Shown here: positions 9,159 through 19,565 of the stretch, in pieces
Position numbering within the stretch: the stretch's first letter is position 1
How the letters are laid out: every line of letters begins with the position of its first letter
From: Nitriliruptoraceae bacterium
GTDB lineage: Bacteria; Actinomycetota; Nitriliruptoria; Nitriliruptorales; Nitriliruptoraceae
NCBI GenBank assembly: GCA_003554005.1
Contig: PWEU01000042.1
Location: forward strand, 1 to 43,605
Reading direction: 5' to 3'
DNA: 43,605 nucleotides
Translations under genes and position numbers: made by a program
Notes under the pieces: generated by a model
What the model saw: the letters and a program-made list of their open reading frames with translations, nothing else
What the model was told of the DNA's origin: nothing
The model's database searches: none

Positions 9159-9953
9159 ATGCCGGAACCGCAACCTCCCGAGCACCCGACCTCCGCGCGG
9201 GACTACCCGCTGGAGTACATCGCGCAGCACATCGGCGAGGAACGCCGCAAGGTGTCCGTGCTGGGCGAGGTGCGTGAACTGGTCTTCGGTGCCCAGGACG
9301 GGCTGGTGTCCCCCCTCGCCGTGGTCGCCACCGTCGCCGGGGCCAGCACGGACAACCTCGCCGTCCTGGTGGCCGGCTTCGCGTCGGCGATGGCCGGGAT
9401 CTTCTCCATGGCCATCGGCGAGTACATGGGTTCCAAGAGCCAGGCCGAGATCGAGGGGGGCCACCTGGAACGGGAGTGGGAGGAGGTCCAGCAGCGGCCG
9501 TTCGAGTCCGAGGCCGAGGTCGCCTACCTGTTCATGCAGGAAGGGATGGACAGCGAGGTGGCATGGGAGACCGCCGCGGTGATCGCCCGCTACCCCGAGT
9601 CGCTCCTGGCGACGATGGTCGCCAAGGAGCTCGGGCTCAGCAGCGACGACCAGGCCGACGCCGCCGGCAGCCCTCTCCAGGGCGCAGTCGTGATGGGTGC
9701 GTCCTTCGCGGGCGGTGCGGCGGTGCCGATCCTGCCCTTCCTGTTCACCGAGGGGCTGCAGGCACTGGCCCTGGCGACCCTGTTCACCGGGCTGGTGCTG
9801 TTCGCGATCGGGGTCGTGAAGTCGCGGTGGCCCGCGCGGTTCTGGTTGTGGTCCGGCCTGGAGATCCTCGCCCTGGCGGCGGTGGCCGGCATCGCGGGGT
9901 ACCTGTTCGGCGGCGTGCTGCCCGACCTGCTCGGCTACGCCGGGGTGGTCTGA
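9159..9953 (+). CDS. VIT1/CCC1 family iron/manganese transporter
   Basis: ELVFGAQDGLVSPLAVV and IGEYMGSKSQAE motifs, plus C-terminal TM segments typical of the VIT family. 264 aa. Confidence 0.83.
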   Translation: MPEPQPPEHPTSARDYPLEYIAQHIGEERRKVSVLGEVRELVFGAQDGLVSPLAVVATVAGASTDNLAVLVAGFASAMAGIFSMAIGEYMGSKSQAEIEGGHLEREWEEVQQRPFESEAEVAYLFMQEGMDSEVAWETAAVIARYPESLLATMVAKELGLSSDDQADAAGSPLQGAVVMGASFAGGAAVPILPFLFTEGLQALALATLFTGLVLFAIGVVKSRWPARFWLWSGLEILALAAVAGIAGYLFGGVLPDLLGYAGVV

Positions 9954-10044
9954 TCGAGCAGCAGCGCTCGGCGGCCGCCCAGCTGGCACCGGAGACCGAC
10001 GACCACCGGACCCGCCAGTGCGACGGCCGGCGGTCCTGAGCGGG

Positions 10045-12225
10045 TCAGCGACGCGTCCGGAGCGGCTCCCCGGTCTCCGCCTTGGCCAGCAGGCTGAGGG
10101 GCGGGGTGAACCGCTCCCCGTAGACCTCCGCCAGCGACTTGCACCGCCCCACGAAGCCCGTCGTCCCGCCCGGATACTGGTCGATGTACTGGGCGACCCC
10201 GCCGGTCCACGCCGGGAACCCGATCCCGAAGATCGAGCCGATGTTGGCATCCTCGAAGGTCTCGATCACGCCCTCGTCGAAGCACTTGACCGTCTCGAGC
10301 GCCTCGGCGAACAGCATCCGTTCGATGAGGTCGGTGAGCGGCACGTCGTTGTCACCGCTGGTGATGTGGTCGAGCAGCCCCGGCCACAGCCCGGTCCGCT
10401 TGCCGTCCTCTCCGTAGTCGTAGAAGCCGGCGCCCGAGGAACGGCCCTCCCGCCCGTGGGCCTCCACCAGCGTGTCGAGCAGCTCGTAGGCGGGGTGGCG
10501 CTCGTAGGGGGTGCCGTTCCGCTCGGCCGCGGCGCGGTACTCGGCCTCGATCTTGCGCGGCAGGGTGAGGGTCAGCTCGTCCATCAGCTGCAGGGGCGGG
10601 GCCGGGTAGCCGGCCTGCTCGCCGGCGCGCTCGATCCGGACGGGGTGGATGCCCTCGCCGAGCATCGCGACGGCCTCGTTGAGGAAGGTCCCGATGACCC
10701 GGGAGGTGAAGAACCCGCGCGCGTCATTGACCACGATCGGGGTCTTCTTGATCTGCTGCACGAGGTCGATCGCCTTGGCGACGGCCGCATCCGAGGTGCG
10801 CTCACCCCGGATGATCTCGACCAGTGGCATCTTGTCCACGGGCGAGAAGAAGTGCAGGCCGATGAAGTCCTCGGCCCGTTCGACGCCGGTCGCCAGCTCC
10901 GTGATCGGCAGGGTCGAGGTGTTGGAGCACAGCAGGGCGTCCCGTGCCACGACCGGCTCGGTGTCCCCGAACACACGGTGCTTGAGCTCGGTGGACTCGA
11001 ACACCGCCTCGATCACCAGGTCGCAGCCGGCGAGGTCCTCGTAACGGTCGGTGGGCGTGATCCGGTCGAGCAGCGCCTGGCCCTGCTCCGCGGTCACCTT
11101 GCCCCGCTCGATCCCCTTGGCGACCAGCTTCTCCGAGTAGCCCTTGCCCTTGGCGGCGGCCTCGACCGCGACGTCCTTGAGCACCACCTCGATGCCCGAA
11201 CGGGCGCACTGGTAGGCGATGCCCGCACCCATCATCCCGGCACCGAGCACGGCGACCTTGGTGGCTGCCCACCGCTCGTAGCCGTCGGGCCGGGACGAGC
11301 CCTTCTCGATCGCCTGGAGGGCGAAGAAGAAGGCCTGGGTCATGTTCTTCGACTGCGGCGAGTTGCACACCAGGTCGGCGAAGTAGCGCGACTCGATGCG
11401 GGTGGCGGTCTCGAAGGGGACCTGGGCACCCTCGTAGGCGGCGCAGAGGATGTTGCGCGGCGCGGGGTAGTCCGCCCCCTTGGTCTGCTTGCGCAGGTTC
11501 GCCGGGATGGCCGGCGCGTTGGCGGCGAAGGACGGCCGAGAGGGATCGCCACCGGGCATGCGGTAGCCATCGGTGTCCCAGGGCTGCCGCGCCTCGGGGT
11601 TGGCGGCGATCCAGGCCCGGGCGCTGGCCAGCATCTCGTCGGCGTCGGCCACGACCTCGTCGATCAGGCCCAGTTCGTGCGCCTTGGCCACCTTGTGCCG
11701 CTGCCCCTGCAGCAGCACGTTCATCAGCGCGGGGATGATGCCCATCATCCGCACCGTGCGCACCACCCCGCCCCCACCCGGGAGCAGGCCGAGCGTGACC
11801 TCGGGCAGCCCGAACACCGCCCGCGGGTCATCGATCGCCACGCGGTGGTGGCAGGCCAGCGCCAGCTCGAGACCGCCTCCGAGCGCGGTGCCGTTCAACG
11901 CAGCGACCACGGGCACACCCAGGGTCTCCAGGGTGCGCAGGTGCGCTTTGAGCTGCTCGGTGTCGGCGAAGACCGTCCCGGCGTCGTCCGGAGTGGCCGC
12001 GATCAGCTCCTTGAGGTCCCCGCCGGCGAAGAACGTCGGCTTGCCGGAGGCCAGGATCACCCCCGCGAGGTCCTCCTCGGTCCGGAGTCGGCGGACCACT
12101 TCGCCGAGGTCCTCGCCGAACCGGGCCCGCATCGTGTTCGCCCGCTGCGTGGGGTCGTCCATCGTGAGGGTGACGATGCCGTCGGCGTCGCGGTCGTAGC
12201 GGATGGTCTCGAGGTCGGTGGTCAC
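10045..12225 (-). CDS. fadB: Bifunctional enoyl-CoA hydratase / 3-hydroxyacyl-CoA dehydrogenase
   Basis: N-terminal crotonase fold ([27 protein letters not shown]) and an NAD-binding [10 protein letters not shown] dehydrogenase part. The GTG at 12225 ([11 protein letters not shown]) has GGAG upstream. The upstream part of the ORF is junk. Confidence 0.9.
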   Translation of the reverse strand: MTTDLETIRYDRDADGIVTLTMDDPTQRANTMRARFGEDLGEVVRRLRTEEDLAGVILASGKPTFFAGGDLKELIAATPDDAGTVFADTEQLKAHLRTLETLGVPVVAALNGTALGGGLELALACHHRVAIDDPRAVFGLPEVTLGLLPGGGGVVRTVRMMGIIPALMNVLLQGQRHKVAKAHELGLIDEVVADADEMLASARAWIAANPEARQPWDTDGYRMPGGDPSRPSFAANAPAIPANLRKQTKGADYPAPRNILCAAYEGAQVPFETATRIESRYFADLVCNSPQSKNMTQAFFFALQAIEKGSSRPDGYERWAATKVAVLGAGMMGAGIAYQCARSGIEVVLKDVAVEAAAKGKGYSEKLVAKGIERGKVTAEQGQALLDRITPTDRYEDLAGCDLVIEAVFESTELKHRVFGDTEPVVARDALLCSNTSTLPITELATGVERAEDFIGLHFFSPVDKMPLVEIIRGERTSDAAVAKAIDLVQQIKKTPIVVNDARGFFTSRVIGTFLNEAVAMLGEGIHPVRIERAGEQAGYPAPPLQLMDELTLTLPRKIEAEYRAAAERNGTPYERHPAYELLDTLVEAHGREGRSSGAGFYDYGEDGKRTGLWPGLLDHITSGDNDVPLTDLIERMLFAEALETVKCFDEGVIETFEDANIGSIFGIGFPAWTGGVAQYIDQYPGGTTGFVGRCKSLAEVYGERFTPPLSLLAKAETGEPLRTRR

Positions 12226-12349
12226 GGCAGCTCCATCGGGATGCGCGGGGTGGTGACGTGGGTGATCGGTGGCCAGCGGCGGGACGATGCGGGCGGGCGA
12301 GGCGGACGGGTCGGGCGAGGCGGCCGGCTCTGGCGGACGTCGTCGCGGA

Positions 12350-13561
<1,212 letters not shown>

Positions 13562-13661
13562 GGCCGTCTCCTCGAACTCGGTCGGCTGATCGCTGGGTTG
13601 ACGGACTCCCACCCGTCGCCTGATCGGGAACGGTACGTCAACCTCCGTCGCCCCGGCACAT

Positions 13662-13678
13662 CCTCGGGGTCACCGAGG
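13662..13678. terminator. Short hairpin downstream of the protease gene
   Basis: cctcgg / ggtca / ccgagg, about 37 nt past the stop at 13715. The stem is only 6 bp, so this is a weak call. Confidence 0.2.
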
Positions 13679-13714
13679 TTGCGCAGCACCCCCGCCGCTC
13701 GCGCGATCGCAGGC

Positions 13715-14731
13715 TCACCCGCAGCCTGGGTCCACCCGCGCGTCGGCGACGGCCGAGCGCACCAACCCCACCGGAGTCGCGACCCCGCGTTGATCGGCGG
13801 TGCGGGCGAAGACCTGCCCCACGACCCGCCCCTCGACGTCGAGCACCGGCGAACCCGATGCGCCCGCGCCGACCTCCAGCGCGAGCAGCAGACGGTCGGG
13901 CTCCACGCGGTCCACCCGACCTTCGCGCAGGGCGGGTCGAGCACCGGGGAAGCCGACCGTCACGATCGACTGGCCGAGGGTGGCGCTCGGGCCGACCACG
14001 AGAGCAGGGGGCACCGCATCCTCGTCCAGCACGAGAACGGCGACGTCCGCGGTCTCCGCGAGCAGCACGGTGCGGACCTGGACCCCCGGTCCGGCATCCA
14101 GTGGCTGCACGACGGTGGAACGTGCCGACTCCACGACGTGGCGGTTGGTGACCACGGTGGGCGTTCCGTCGAGCTCGAGGCTGAACGCGCTGCCGCTGCG
14201 CGATCGCCCCGCGCAGTCGACGCTGCGGACCAGCAGCAGCGACTCCGTGATCGCCGCGTCATCGCCCAGCGCCTCCTCGACCGCACCACCGGCACTGAGG
14301 ACCGCGAGCCGGTCGAGCACCCATCCGCCGGCGGGTACGAGCATCGCGAGAGCGACCAGCACCCCCAGTGCGACCCGGATGCGGCCGAAGACCCGCGCCA
14401 TCGTCGTCTGGAAGCCATCGAGGTCGTCGGGGTCATACGGCCCCGGCGCCGGCTGGTCGCGACCCGCTGTGTCGGGGTCATCCGATCCCGGCGCTGGGTC
14501 CTCGGGCTCCGCTGCCGCGCGGTCGGGCGAACGCTGCCCATCCCGGTCGGGCCAGGTCCGCCCCTCGAGGCCGGGCCCATCGGACCCGGCCTGGTGGGCG
14601 AACGGTGGCTCTCGATCGGTCACGGTCACCACCCGGGACGTGGAGACACCGACGGTAGCGAGCGTGCGCTCAGCGGCAGCCCCGTCCTGCCTGGCGCATC
14701 GTCCACAGGCCATCCGCCCCGACACTTGCAC
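13715..14731 (-). CDS. Membrane-anchored trypsin-like (S1/PA clan) serine protease
   Basis: Catalytic triad context: TNRHVV (His), DVAVLVLD (Asp), GASGSPV (Ser). TM segment ALGVLVALAMLVPAGGWVL. The start is uncertain: GTG 14731, ATG 14713, GTG 14632/14629/14623 and ATG 14401 are all in frame. Confidence 0.7.
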   Translation of the reverse strand: MQVSGRMACGRCARQDGAAAERTLATVGVSTSRVVTVTDREPPFAHQAGSDGPGLEGRTWPDRDGQRSPDRAAAEPEDPAPGSDDPDTAGRDQPAPGPYDPDDLDGFQTTMARVFGRIRVALGVLVALAMLVPAGGWVLDRLAVLSAGGAVEEALGDDAAITESLLLVRSVDCAGRSRSGSAFSLELDGTPTVVTNRHVVESARSTVVQPLDAGPGVQVRTVLLAETADVAVLVLDEDAVPPALVVGPSATLGQSIVTVGFPGARPALREGRVDRVEPDRLLLALEVGAGASGSPVLDVEGRVVGQVFARTADQRGVATPVGLVRSAVADARVDPGCG

Positions 14732-14741
14732 TCTCCTCGTA

Positions 14742-14757
14742 TCGAACGTATGTTCGC
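14742..14757. promoter_or_regulatory. LexA SOS box (TCGAAC-N4-GTTCGC) overlapping a TATGTT -10-like hexamer
   Basis: tcgaac gtat gttcgc, read directly. It differs at one position from the mycobacterial consensus TCGAAC-N4-GTTCGA. TATGTT (14749..14754) ends 6 nt before the ATG at 14761, which is compatible with a leaderless transcript. Confidence 0.6.
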
Positions 14758-14760
14758 CTC

Positions 14761-16467
14761 ATGTCTCCTCGACCCACCCCCTCTCCCCCACCTCCGCTCA
14801 CGACGCGGCGGTCCCGCGGCGCGGGTCCGCGGCCGTTGGGCCGCCGAACGCGGGAGCGGGATCGCGAGGACCGCAGCCCACGTCTGGCGCGCGAACACCT
14901 CGGCGGGTACGACACCGGTCCGCAGCCCGCTGAAGCCGACGCTGATCGGTCCCGCACCGCGCCTGCCGACGCCGTCGCAGCACCATCCACTCCTGTCTCC
15001 GCGAGCGAGGCCCGGCCGGAACCGCCTCCGCATCCGGTCGACGACGCGGCGTGGCGCTACCTGCACGATCTGGACGAGCCACGGCCCGGGGAGGGCACCC
15101 CACCCTTCGGGCTCCCGGTCCTGGCCGAGATCCCGGGGCTGGCGACCGTGCTCGAGCAGCTCCGGGAGGCTGACCGGCTCATCGCCCGTGCCCTGGAGGG
15201 CATCCTGCTCCTGCAGGACCACGCCGACGTCGTCGGCATCACCGGCATCAGCCTCGACACCTGGCTGGCCACGATCGCCCGACGGACACGGGCCGACGCT
15301 CGCATGCTGCTCTCGGCGGCGGAGATGATGCGCCGCCTGCCGACGCTGCGGGCCGCGTTCCAGGAAGGACGCCTGTCGTGGGCTCAGGTCCGCGCGGTCG
15401 CGCTCAAGGCCCGACCCCTGCCGTGCTCGCTGGACGACCGGGTGGATGAGGCGGTCGCGGCCGCGCTCGACGGCGCCGCCGGCTCCGAGCCGGATGCCGT
15501 CACCCGGGTCATCGCCTGGTCACTGGCAGCCTTGCAGCCACGGCAGGTCGAGCAGGAGGAGCGCCGGGAGCAGCAACGCGAGTTCCTCGGCATGCAGCCC
15601 CGGCTCGACGGGACCGGAGGCCGGCTGTGGGGCGAGTTCTCCGCGACCTCATGGGCCGTGCTCGACGCGGCGCTGAACGAGCCATCCGTTACGGATCTCG
15701 GCCCCGGATCGGACAGCCGTGACAGCGACCACCGGGAGACCGGTCGGGCGCCCGGTACCGATCCAGACGGCACGCAGAGGGCGGCCCGCCTCGTCGAACT
15801 CCTCGACCAGGGCCTGGCAGGCGGCACCGACGCTGGCCGCGACCCCAACGGCCTGGCGGAAGGTGACGATGGTGACGATGGTGACGATGTGCCACGCCGA
15901 CGCCCGACGTCGAGCCGACCTCAGCTGCTGCTACGCGCGGACCTCGACACCCTGCTCGACCGGGAGCAGACCCCCGGTGCGCTGCTGACCAACGTCCTCG
16001 GCGGCCACGTGCGAGCGAGCGCACCGACGGTGCGGCGGCTCGTGGAGGAGCGCGGCGCCGACCTCCGGACCGTGATCCTGGACGACACCGGCAGCATCGT
16101 GGGTGTCGGTCGGCGCGTGCGGATCGCCCCCGGCTGGCTCCGGGACGCCGTCCTGGCGCTCCATGACACCTGCGCCGCTCCTGGTTGCAACGCCCCCGCA
16201 CGCGCGAGCCAGCTCGATCACGCGCGACCCTGGCAGCCAGCCCGACCCGAGGACCTCCCCGGCAGCACCGACGTCGGCGAGCTCGCCCCACTGTGCCCCG
16301 AGCACAACCGGCACAAGGAGCGCTCGGGTTGGACCGCGCGGCAGTCCACCGATGGCCGTCGGAGCTGGACCCATCGGCGCAGCGGCCTGACGACGCGGAC
16401 GATCCCGGCCACCTGGCGCCCGCAGGCGGGGACCCCACCGGGGGTCGCCGAGGAGCCGGCGGGATGA
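14761..16467 (+). CDS. DUF222 / HNH endonuclease domain protein (REP13E12-like family)
   Basis: Central DUF222-like helical region (LDTWLATIARRTRADARMLLSAAEMMRRLPTLRAAFQEGRLSWAQVRAV). C-terminal HNH region (CAAPGCNAPARASQLDHARPW...LAPLCPEHNRHKERSGW). Confidence 0.85.
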   Translation: MSPRPTPSPPPPLTTRRSRGAGPRPLGRRTRERDREDRSPRLAREHLGGYDTGPQPAEADADRSRTAPADAVAAPSTPVSASEARPEPPPHPVDDAAWRYLHDLDEPRPGEGTPPFGLPVLAEIPGLATVLEQLREADRLIARALEGILLLQDHADVVGITGISLDTWLATIARRTRADARMLLSAAEMMRRLPTLRAAFQEGRLSWAQVRAVALKARPLPCSLDDRVDEAVAAALDGAAGSEPDAVTRVIAWSLAALQPRQVEQEERREQQREFLGMQPRLDGTGGRLWGEFSATSWAVLDAALNEPSVTDLGPGSDSRDSDHRETGRAPGTDPDGTQRAARLVELLDQGLAGGTDAGRDPNGLAEGDDGDDGDDVPRRRPTSSRPQLLLRADLDTLLDREQTPGALLTNVLGGHVRASAPTVRRLVEERGADLRTVILDDTGSIVGVGRRVRIAPGWLRDAVLALHDTCAAPGCNAPARASQLDHARPWQPARPEDLPGSTDVGELAPLCPEHNRHKERSGWTARQSTDGRRSWTHRRSGLTTRTIPATWRPQAGTPPGVAEEPAG

Positions 16468-16492
16468 GCGTCGGCGGCGTGCCGCCTCCACC

Positions 16493-16510
16493 CGTCCCTC
16501 GACGGGGACG
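16493..16510. terminator. Short hairpin between the convergent HNH and VWA genes
   Basis: cgtccc / tcgacg / gggacg. The stem is only 6 bp, so this is a weak call. Confidence 0.2.
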
Positions 16511-16516
16511 TCCAGG

Positions 16517-17962
16517 TCAGGCGATCCGCTCGACGAACCCCGCCAGTTGCTGCAGGTTGCGGACCTCGACCATCTCGTCGACGTAGCGGGCATAGTTCGA
16601 TGCGATCGAGTCACCGCTGTCCCAGAACCGACGTGGCTCGGGGTTCAGCCAGTACACGTGCCGCGCCCGACGCTGGACATCCGACAGCACCCATCCCGCC
16701 GACTGGCGGTGGTTGTTGCGCGCGTCCCCGAGGATCAGGACCGTCGTGCGCGGACCCAGGTCCTCGGCGTAGTCCCGGTGGAAGCCCTCCAGCGCCCGAC
16801 CGTAATCGGAGTGGCCGTCGAGCCACACGAGCTCGGCTTCGACCAGCATCCGTCGCATGGCCTCATCCACCTCGCCGCTGGCGAACCAGGGCGTGACCTC
16901 GTCGAGCGCATCGATGAACGCGAAGGAACGGACGGTGGAGAACTGCTCCTGAAGGGCGTGCACCAGCTGCAGCGTGAACCGGGAGAAGGACGCGACCGAG
17001 CCCGAGACGTCGCACAGCAGGAACAGCTCGGGCTTGTGGGGACGACGGGGCCGGAAGGTGGGCTCGAAAGGGACACCACCGGTGATCAACGACCGGCGGA
17101 CCGTGCGCCGGATGTCCAGTCGACCATCACGACCGATCTTGCGTTTGGCGGCGACCCGTGTCGCGAGCTTGCGCGCCAACGGACGGATCTGGGCACGGAG
17201 CTCCTGCTGCTCCTCACGGCTGAGGTGGAACAGGTCCCGCTCCTCGATCGGCGGCCGGACGAGGCGGTCAGCCACCTGCTCGAGGCCTCGGTCAGCCGCG
17301 GCGTGGCGACGGATCTGCGCATCGACCTCCTGCCGGAATGCGCGGATGCGGCGCTCGAACTCGTCCCGCAGCAGCCGCTCCTCGAGCGGTGACAGGTCAC
17401 TGTCGCTGTCGTCCTGCTCCCGACGCAGCAGTTCGGCCAGCAGCCGTTGCGGATCGATCGCGCGGTAGACCTTGTACTGGAAGTAGGCGACGCGACCGTC
17501 GCGACCTTCCACGCGTCCGAACCGTTCCACGGCCTCCCGGGCCGCCCGCCGGATCGCTTGGTCGTCACCGCTGCCGAGCACCTCGACCAGCGACCGCAGC
17601 TGCGCGTCCGGATCCAGGTCGTCCGCGTCTGGTTCCTGGGTCTCCTCGGTGTCGTCGAGGTCCGCGGCGGAGCTCGGGGTGACGATCCGGGCGGGGAAGT
17701 AGAGGTCGAACAACTCATCGAAAGCGTCCCGCTGCGTCCTGGCCGTCACGGTCACCGACGCCAGCGCCTCCCGCAGCTGCTCGCGGTCGAGCAGCTCCAC
17801 GTGCCGAAGCGCCCGAACCGCGTCGATCGCGCCGGCCTGGGCCGCGGGCAGACCGGCGCGACGCAGGGCGGCGACCAGGTCGAGCACACGCGCGAGGACC
17901 CCTGACAGCGGCGGCGGTTCCTCTGCCAGCAGCGTGTGGAGGCGATCATGATCTTTCGGCAC
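16517..17962 (-). CDS. VWA domain protein, CoxE-like
   Basis: MIDAS motif in LFLLCDVSGSVASFSRF and the C-terminal pattern ILGDARNN...YWLNPEPR typical of VWA_CoxE. I prefer the GTG at 17962 because GGGGAGGAG lies 6 nt upstream; GTG 18016 is the alternative. Confidence 0.85.
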   Translation of the reverse strand: MPKDHDRLHTLLAEEPPPLSGVLARVLDLVAALRRAGLPAAQAGAIDAVRALRHVELLDREQLREALASVTVTARTQRDAFDELFDLYFPARIVTPSSAADLDDTEETQEPDADDLDPDAQLRSLVEVLGSGDDQAIRRAAREAVERFGRVEGRDGRVAYFQYKVYRAIDPQRLLAELLRREQDDSDSDLSPLEERLLRDEFERRIRAFRQEVDAQIRRHAAADRGLEQVADRLVRPPIEERDLFHLSREEQQELRAQIRPLARKLATRVAAKRKIGRDGRLDIRRTVRRSLITGGVPFEPTFRPRRPHKPELFLLCDVSGSVASFSRFTLQLVHALQEQFSTVRSFAFIDALDEVTPWFASGEVDEAMRRMLVEAELVWLDGHSDYGRALEGFHRDYAEDLGPRTTVLILGDARNNHRQSAGWVLSDVQRRARHVYWLNPEPRRFWDSGDSIASNYARYVDEMVEVRNLQQLAGFVERIA

Positions 17963-18043
17963 CGAGCACTCCTCCCCGTCGCGGGACCGGCTCCCGACCG
18001 GATCGGCGACCGCCACGGTAGCCAGCGGTGGTGCCGCATGGCC

Positions 18044-19561
18044 TCAGCTGACCGGGCGGGCTCCAGCGAAGGTGACCACTGCTCGGCGCTCCCCCTCCCC
18101 GACCAGGAGCAGGCTGACGCCGCCCGGGTGGCGCACGACGTCGATCACCGGCAGCGGCAGGTTGGTCGGCACGGCGCCAGGATCGGTCCCCCCCGGGGCG
18201 GGGAGGAGCACGAGGCTCGCGCCCGTCGCCAGCACGGCGCCGCCGTCCTCCAGCGGTGCGATCCCGGCTCCCCGGGTCAGCCCGGCCGCCACGCCCCCGA
18301 CGCGGACGGCGTCCAGCGCCGCCGTCACCTCATCGGGCCGCACCAGCCCTTCCAGCTCCCGGATCGCGTCGTCCCGGGGCTCCAGGACCCGCGTTCGTCC
18401 GAGGTCCGGGTCCAACAGCACGACCTGTCCCGCGTCGTCACGGGTGGAGGCCGCGACGACGCGTTCGGTTGGTTCCAGCTCGACATCCCACCGGACCGAA
18501 CCGTCATCGGTCGCCACGGCGAGCAGCCGCTGGGGCCCGACGGACCGGGCATCCTGCTCCGCCTCCTCGTCGGCCCTCCCGGCACCATCCACGGCCCGCA
18601 GGACGACCAACGCGAGGCCATCTCCGACCGCGGCGATCTCGGCGCGGGTCGGGCCGTCCTCGGGGAGCGCGATCCCGGCCGTCGCCAGTTCGGCACGGTC
18701 CAGGGTCCAGCGTGGGGCGCCGTCGCGACGATCGACCGCTGTCAGCACCGGCGCGCCCTCACCCGGGGTGGTGCGGGTACCGGCCACGACCACCTGCGGA
18801 CCGAGACCAGCGGTCAGCCGGGCCCCGGCCAGCCCGGCCGGCGCCGTCGGGAGCACCAGGGCAGCCGACCAGACCTGTCCGGCCACCGGATCGCGCATCT
18901 CGAGCTCCGGGTCGTCTCCGTCCTCATCGATCCGGAGCACCAGCAGCTGGCCGTCGCCAGCGGCGAGGTGGAATGCCAGTGGGCTGCCGACCAGGGCGGT
19001 GTCCTGGCAGGTCAGGCCGGTGAGGTCCTCGTCGAGAGGCTGGAGGGCATCCACCTGGCCGGTGAGCGGGTTGGTCAGCGCGAGGCTGTAGAGGTGATCC
19101 CCGTCACCGACCGCGGTCCCGGCGCCGAGCGACACCGCGGCTTCGACCCTGTCGCCCTGCCCGGCCAGGGCGACGACATCGTCCCCGAGGGCGGCCACCC
19201 CCTGCCCTGTCGCGGCGAGCCCCGTCGCCCCGGCGGCCGCTGCGACGCCGGTGATCGGCCCGAGCGCCACGTTGAGGTCGTCGAGCGAGCTCCGGATCGT
19301 CGCGAGCTGCTCCGCCGGAAGGGCACCGAGAGCGTCGACGAGCAGCTCCGGGTCGCCGTCCGCCTCGGGGGCCGGCGTAGCCTGGGGGCTGATGTCCGCG
19401 CAGGCCGACCTGGCGAACAACGACCCGCTGACGACCCCGATCAGGACCAGGCCCACCATGGCCAGCACCGCGATCACCAGCGTGCGACGATCCGCCGCCA
19501 TCAACTCGTCGTCGCCGTGCACGCGGTCGAGATCGCCTTGGGACGTTCCGGTGTCGCTCAC
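18044..19561 (-). CDS. Hypothetical single-pass membrane protein with a PQQ-like beta-propeller-like ectodomain
   Basis: GTG 19561 lies 4 nt after the MoxR stop. TM segment LVIAVLAMVGLVLIGVVSGSLF. Recurrent D-G-x-x-R-W blade-like motifs (RRDGAPRWTLD, TDDGSVRWDVE), plus DAGQVVLLD and EDGGAVLATG. The fold assignment is inference only. Confidence 0.6.
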   Translation of the reverse strand: MSDTGTSQGDLDRVHGDDELMAADRRTLVIAVLAMVGLVLIGVVSGSLFARSACADISPQATPAPEADGDPELLVDALGALPAEQLATIRSSLDDLNVALGPITGVAAAAGATGLAATGQGVAALGDDVVALAGQGDRVEAAVSLGAGTAVGDGDHLYSLALTNPLTGQVDALQPLDEDLTGLTCQDTALVGSPLAFHLAAGDGQLLVLRIDEDGDDPELEMRDPVAGQVWSAALVLPTAPAGLAGARLTAGLGPQVVVAGTRTTPGEGAPVLTAVDRRDGAPRWTLDRAELATAGIALPEDGPTRAEIAAVGDGLALVVLRAVDGAGRADEEAEQDARSVGPQRLLAVATDDGSVRWDVELEPTERVVAASTRDDAGQVVLLDPDLGRTRVLEPRDDAIRELEGLVRPDEVTAALDAVRVGGVAAGLTRGAGIAPLEDGGAVLATGASLVLLPAPGGTDPGAVPTNLPLPVIDVVRHPGGVSLLLVGEGERRAVVTFAGARPVS

Positions 19562-19565
19562 GGGC

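Noticed and set aside
10008-10036. Imperfect hairpin between the VIT gene and fadB (ggacccgcc ... ggcggtcc)
   Set aside because: It has one bulge, a 12-nt loop and no U tract, so it is indistinguishable from background GC-rich self-complementarity.
13597-13642. Inverted repeat GTTGACG-N32-CGTCAAC upstream of fadA, considered as a FadR/TetR operator
   Set aside because: The spacing is far too long for a typical dimeric operator. It occurs only once, and there is no regulator gene nearby.
14761-16467. DUF222/HNH gene considered as a mobile element
   Set aside because: I saw no terminal inverted repeats, target-site duplication, transposase, integrase or adjacent tRNA. The family is repeat-like in mycobacteria, but mobility cannot be supported from this window, so I annotated it as a CDS.
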